Shown: in pieces, positions 62,189 through 64,000 of the stretch
How the letters are laid out: the number at the start of each line of letters is the position of its first letter
Position numbering within the stretch: position 1 is the first letter of the stretch
Source: an uncultured Acidobacteriota bacterium
Lineage (GTDB): Bacteria > Acidobacteriota > Vicinamibacteria > Fen-336
Direction of reading: 5' to 3'
DNA: 64,000 nucleotides
Assembly (NCBI GenBank): GCA_963720545.1
Contig: OY970399.1
Location: 2,368,001 to 2,432,000 of the forward strand
The notes under the pieces: model-generated
The model's database searches: none
Told to the model about the DNA's origin: nothing
What the model saw: only the letters and a program-made list of their open reading frames with translations
Program-made: the position numbers and the translations under genes

Positions 62189-62198
62189 GTTACGTAAC
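62189..62198. promoter_or_regulatory. Palindrome GTTACGTAAC upstream of the second padR
   Basis: Perfect 10-bp palindrome in an AT-rich 37-bp gap. Confidence 0.45.
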
Positions 62199-62214
62199 GT
62201 GGCATTATTCAGCT

Positions 62215-62541
62215 GTGCCGCCGCCGCCGAAGCTGCCGCAACCGAGCCACCTGCAGATCGCCGTGCTCGGCATCCTGTCCGGCGGGGAGTGCAAGGGCGC
62301 AGCGATCCGCGCCGAACTGGCGGCACTTTCGGTGCGCCACTCCGGGCCGGCCTTCTACCAGATGATGGCGCGGCTCGAAGACGCGGGCCTCGCCGAGGGC
62401 TGGTACGACCAGCGGTTGGTGGCGGGGCAGATGCTGAAGGAGCGCCGCTACCGCATCACGCCGGCGGGCAAGCGCGCGCTGCGCGCCGCCGAGGAATTCT
62501 ATGGGCGCCTGTTCCGCGCCCGCCGCGAGGCGCATGCCTGA
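62215..62541 (+). CDS. PadR family transcriptional regulator
   Basis: LQIAVLGIL, PAFYQMMARLE..GL, RRYRITPAG; GTG start inferred. Confidence 0.85.
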   Translation: MPPPPKLPQPSHLQIAVLGILSGGECKGAAIRAELAALSVRHSGPAFYQMMARLEDAGLAEGWYDQRLVAGQMLKERRYRITPAGKRALRAAEEFYGRLFRARREAHA

Positions 62542-64000
62542 TTACGCGCGCCGGCTGCGCCGCCCGTTCTACTCGGGCCTCCTCGGCAGGGCGCGCCGCG
62601 AGCGCTGCTTCGAGCCGGCCTTTTCCGACCTCCTCGACGAGTCGCTCCCGGCCTACGCTGCGGCTGCCTCGCCGCTGCGGAGGCTGGCGCTGCGGCTGCG
62701 GTTCGAGGTCCTGGCCTTCTCGCTCTTCTGCCAGTCGGCCTTGCTGGAAGCGCCCGCCGTAAGCATCGTCGCCACCGCGCCCTCTGCCGGCGGTCCGCTC
62801 CTGGGCGCCCACGACCTCACGCAGGCGCTGCGCGGGCTGTTGCGCCGGCCGGGTTTCCTCGCTCTCGTGGTCGCCATCCTCGCCCTCAGCATCGGCGCCA
62901 ACACCGCCGTCTTCAGTGCCGTGCGCGCGGTCGCCTTCCGGCCACTGCCTTATCCGCAGGCCGACCGTCTGGTCCACATCTGGAGCACCTGGCCCGGCGG
63001 CTCGGGCAACATGTCGTTCCCCGACTACCGCGCCATCCTTGAAAACTCCCGCTCCTTCGAGACGGTGGGCGCCTATGAGACGTGGGGCACGGTATCGCTC
63101 ACCGGTGATCGCGACACCGCACCGGTGCCGCTGAAGCCGAGCTTCGTCACGCCGTCCTATTTCGAAATGCTGCAGCCGCCGCTCGTGGCCGGGCGGACAT
63201 TTCGCCCCGACGAGGACCTGAAGCCGGGCGGCCATCCGGTGGTGCTTCTCTCGCAGGCGCTGTGGACGCGGCAGTTCGGCGCCGACCCAGGCCTCGTGGG
63301 TCGCACCATCGTGCTGAACCGCGCCGCCTACACGGTGGTCGGCATCGTGGACCAGCGCTTTGCCGACCTGGCCGCGGCCGAGGTGCCGATGCCCGACCTG
63401 TGGCTGCCGACGTCGATGGCCGAGAGCCTCCTGGGCCAGGCGCCGCTCTCGAACGTCTACCGTATCTTCTGGGGGCTCGGGCGGCTGCGGCCTGGCGTGA
63501 GTGTGGCGCAGGCACAGGCCGATCTCGACGCCATCGCCGCGCGCCTCGCCGAGGAGCGCCCGCAGACCCACATGGGCTCGCACCTGCAGACCGTCCCGCT
63601 CGTGCAATACCTGCGCGGTCCATTTCGTTCGGCCACGCGGTTGCTCGCCGCCGGCGCGCTGCTGGTGCTGCTCATCGGCTGCGCCAACGTCGCGAACCTG
63701 CTGCTGCTGCGCACCGCCGACCGGCGCGCGGAGTTCGCGATCCGCCGCAGCCTCGGCGCTTCGGACGGCGCCTTGTTCCGCCAGCTGCTCGCCGAGGCGC
63801 TGTGGTTCGCGGCGCTCGGCGGCGTGCTCGGGGCCCTGCTCGCGTTCGGCGCCACCACGGTGCTGCGCGCCTGGGTGCAGCAGCACGTCTCGGCGTACCT
63901 CGACGTGGCGCTCGATCGCAGCGCGCTTGCGGCGGCCTTGTTGCTCAGCCTGCTCACCGCCGCCGTCTTCGGCGTGGCGCCGGCGCTCGCCGCGCGGCGC
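62534..64000 (+). CDS. MacB/FtsX-type (ADOP-like) permease, runs off the window
   Basis: Open frame from ATG 62534 (MPDYARR...) with LSIGANTAVFS, LIGCANVANLLL, EFAIRRSLGA; no stop before the end, so absent from the ORF track. Confidence 0.88.
   Translation, partial: MPDYARRLRRPFYSGLLGRARRERCFEPAFSDLLDESLPAYAAAASPLRRLALRLRFEVLAFSLFCQSALLEAPAVSIVATAPSAGGPLLGAHDLTQALRGLLRRPGFLALVVAILALSIGANTAVFSAVRAVAFRPLPYPQADRLVHIWSTWPGGSGNMSFPDYRAILENSRSFETVGAYETWGTVSLTGDRDTAPVPLKPSFVTPSYFEMLQPPLVAGRTFRPDEDLKPGGHPVVLLSQALWTRQFGADPGLVGRTIVLNRAAYTVVGIVDQRFADLAAAEVPMPDLWLPTSMAESLLGQAPLSNVYRIFWGLGRLRPGVSVAQAQADLDAIAARLAEERPQTHMGSHLQTVPLVQYLRGPFRSATRLLAAGALLVLLIGCANVANLLLLRTADRRAEFAIRRSLGASDGALFRQLLAEALWFAALGGVLGALLAFGATTVLRAWVQQHVSAYLDVALDRSALAAALLLSLLTAAVFGVAPALAARR

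Overview
High-GC bacterial chromosomal segment, most likely Acidobacteriota (inferred from two PadR + duplicated MacB/FtsX-type 'ADOP' permease pairs and overall gene content). Mostly housekeeping and accessory metabolism: end of the dcw cluster (ftsA, ftsZ), mutS2-dnaG-rpoD, a complete system I cytochrome c maturation operon (ccmABCDEFGHI), addB-addA plus a third stand-alone Fe-S PD-(D/E)XK nuclease, coaA, rnhA, pgeF, one CAT-anticodon tRNA, many exported peptidases/hydrolases and two glycosyltransferases. No integrase, transposase or CRISPR array was seen. The best candidate for a new system is a compact RiPP locus at 14637-16739: a Tat-signal, 12-Cys, tandem-repeat precursor, an intergenic terminator-like hairpin, a DUF692/MNIO oxidase and a DUF2063 partner. 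Other notable items: a putative coupled zinc-ribbon mini-gene between ftsA and ftsZ, a long hairpin that would bury the mutS2 start site, a degenerate AcpS coupled to a GH18-like protein, a YmcC-like/GNAT fusion, many apparently leaderless promoters and probable CTG starts. All calls come from motif recognition by eye; no database searches were run.
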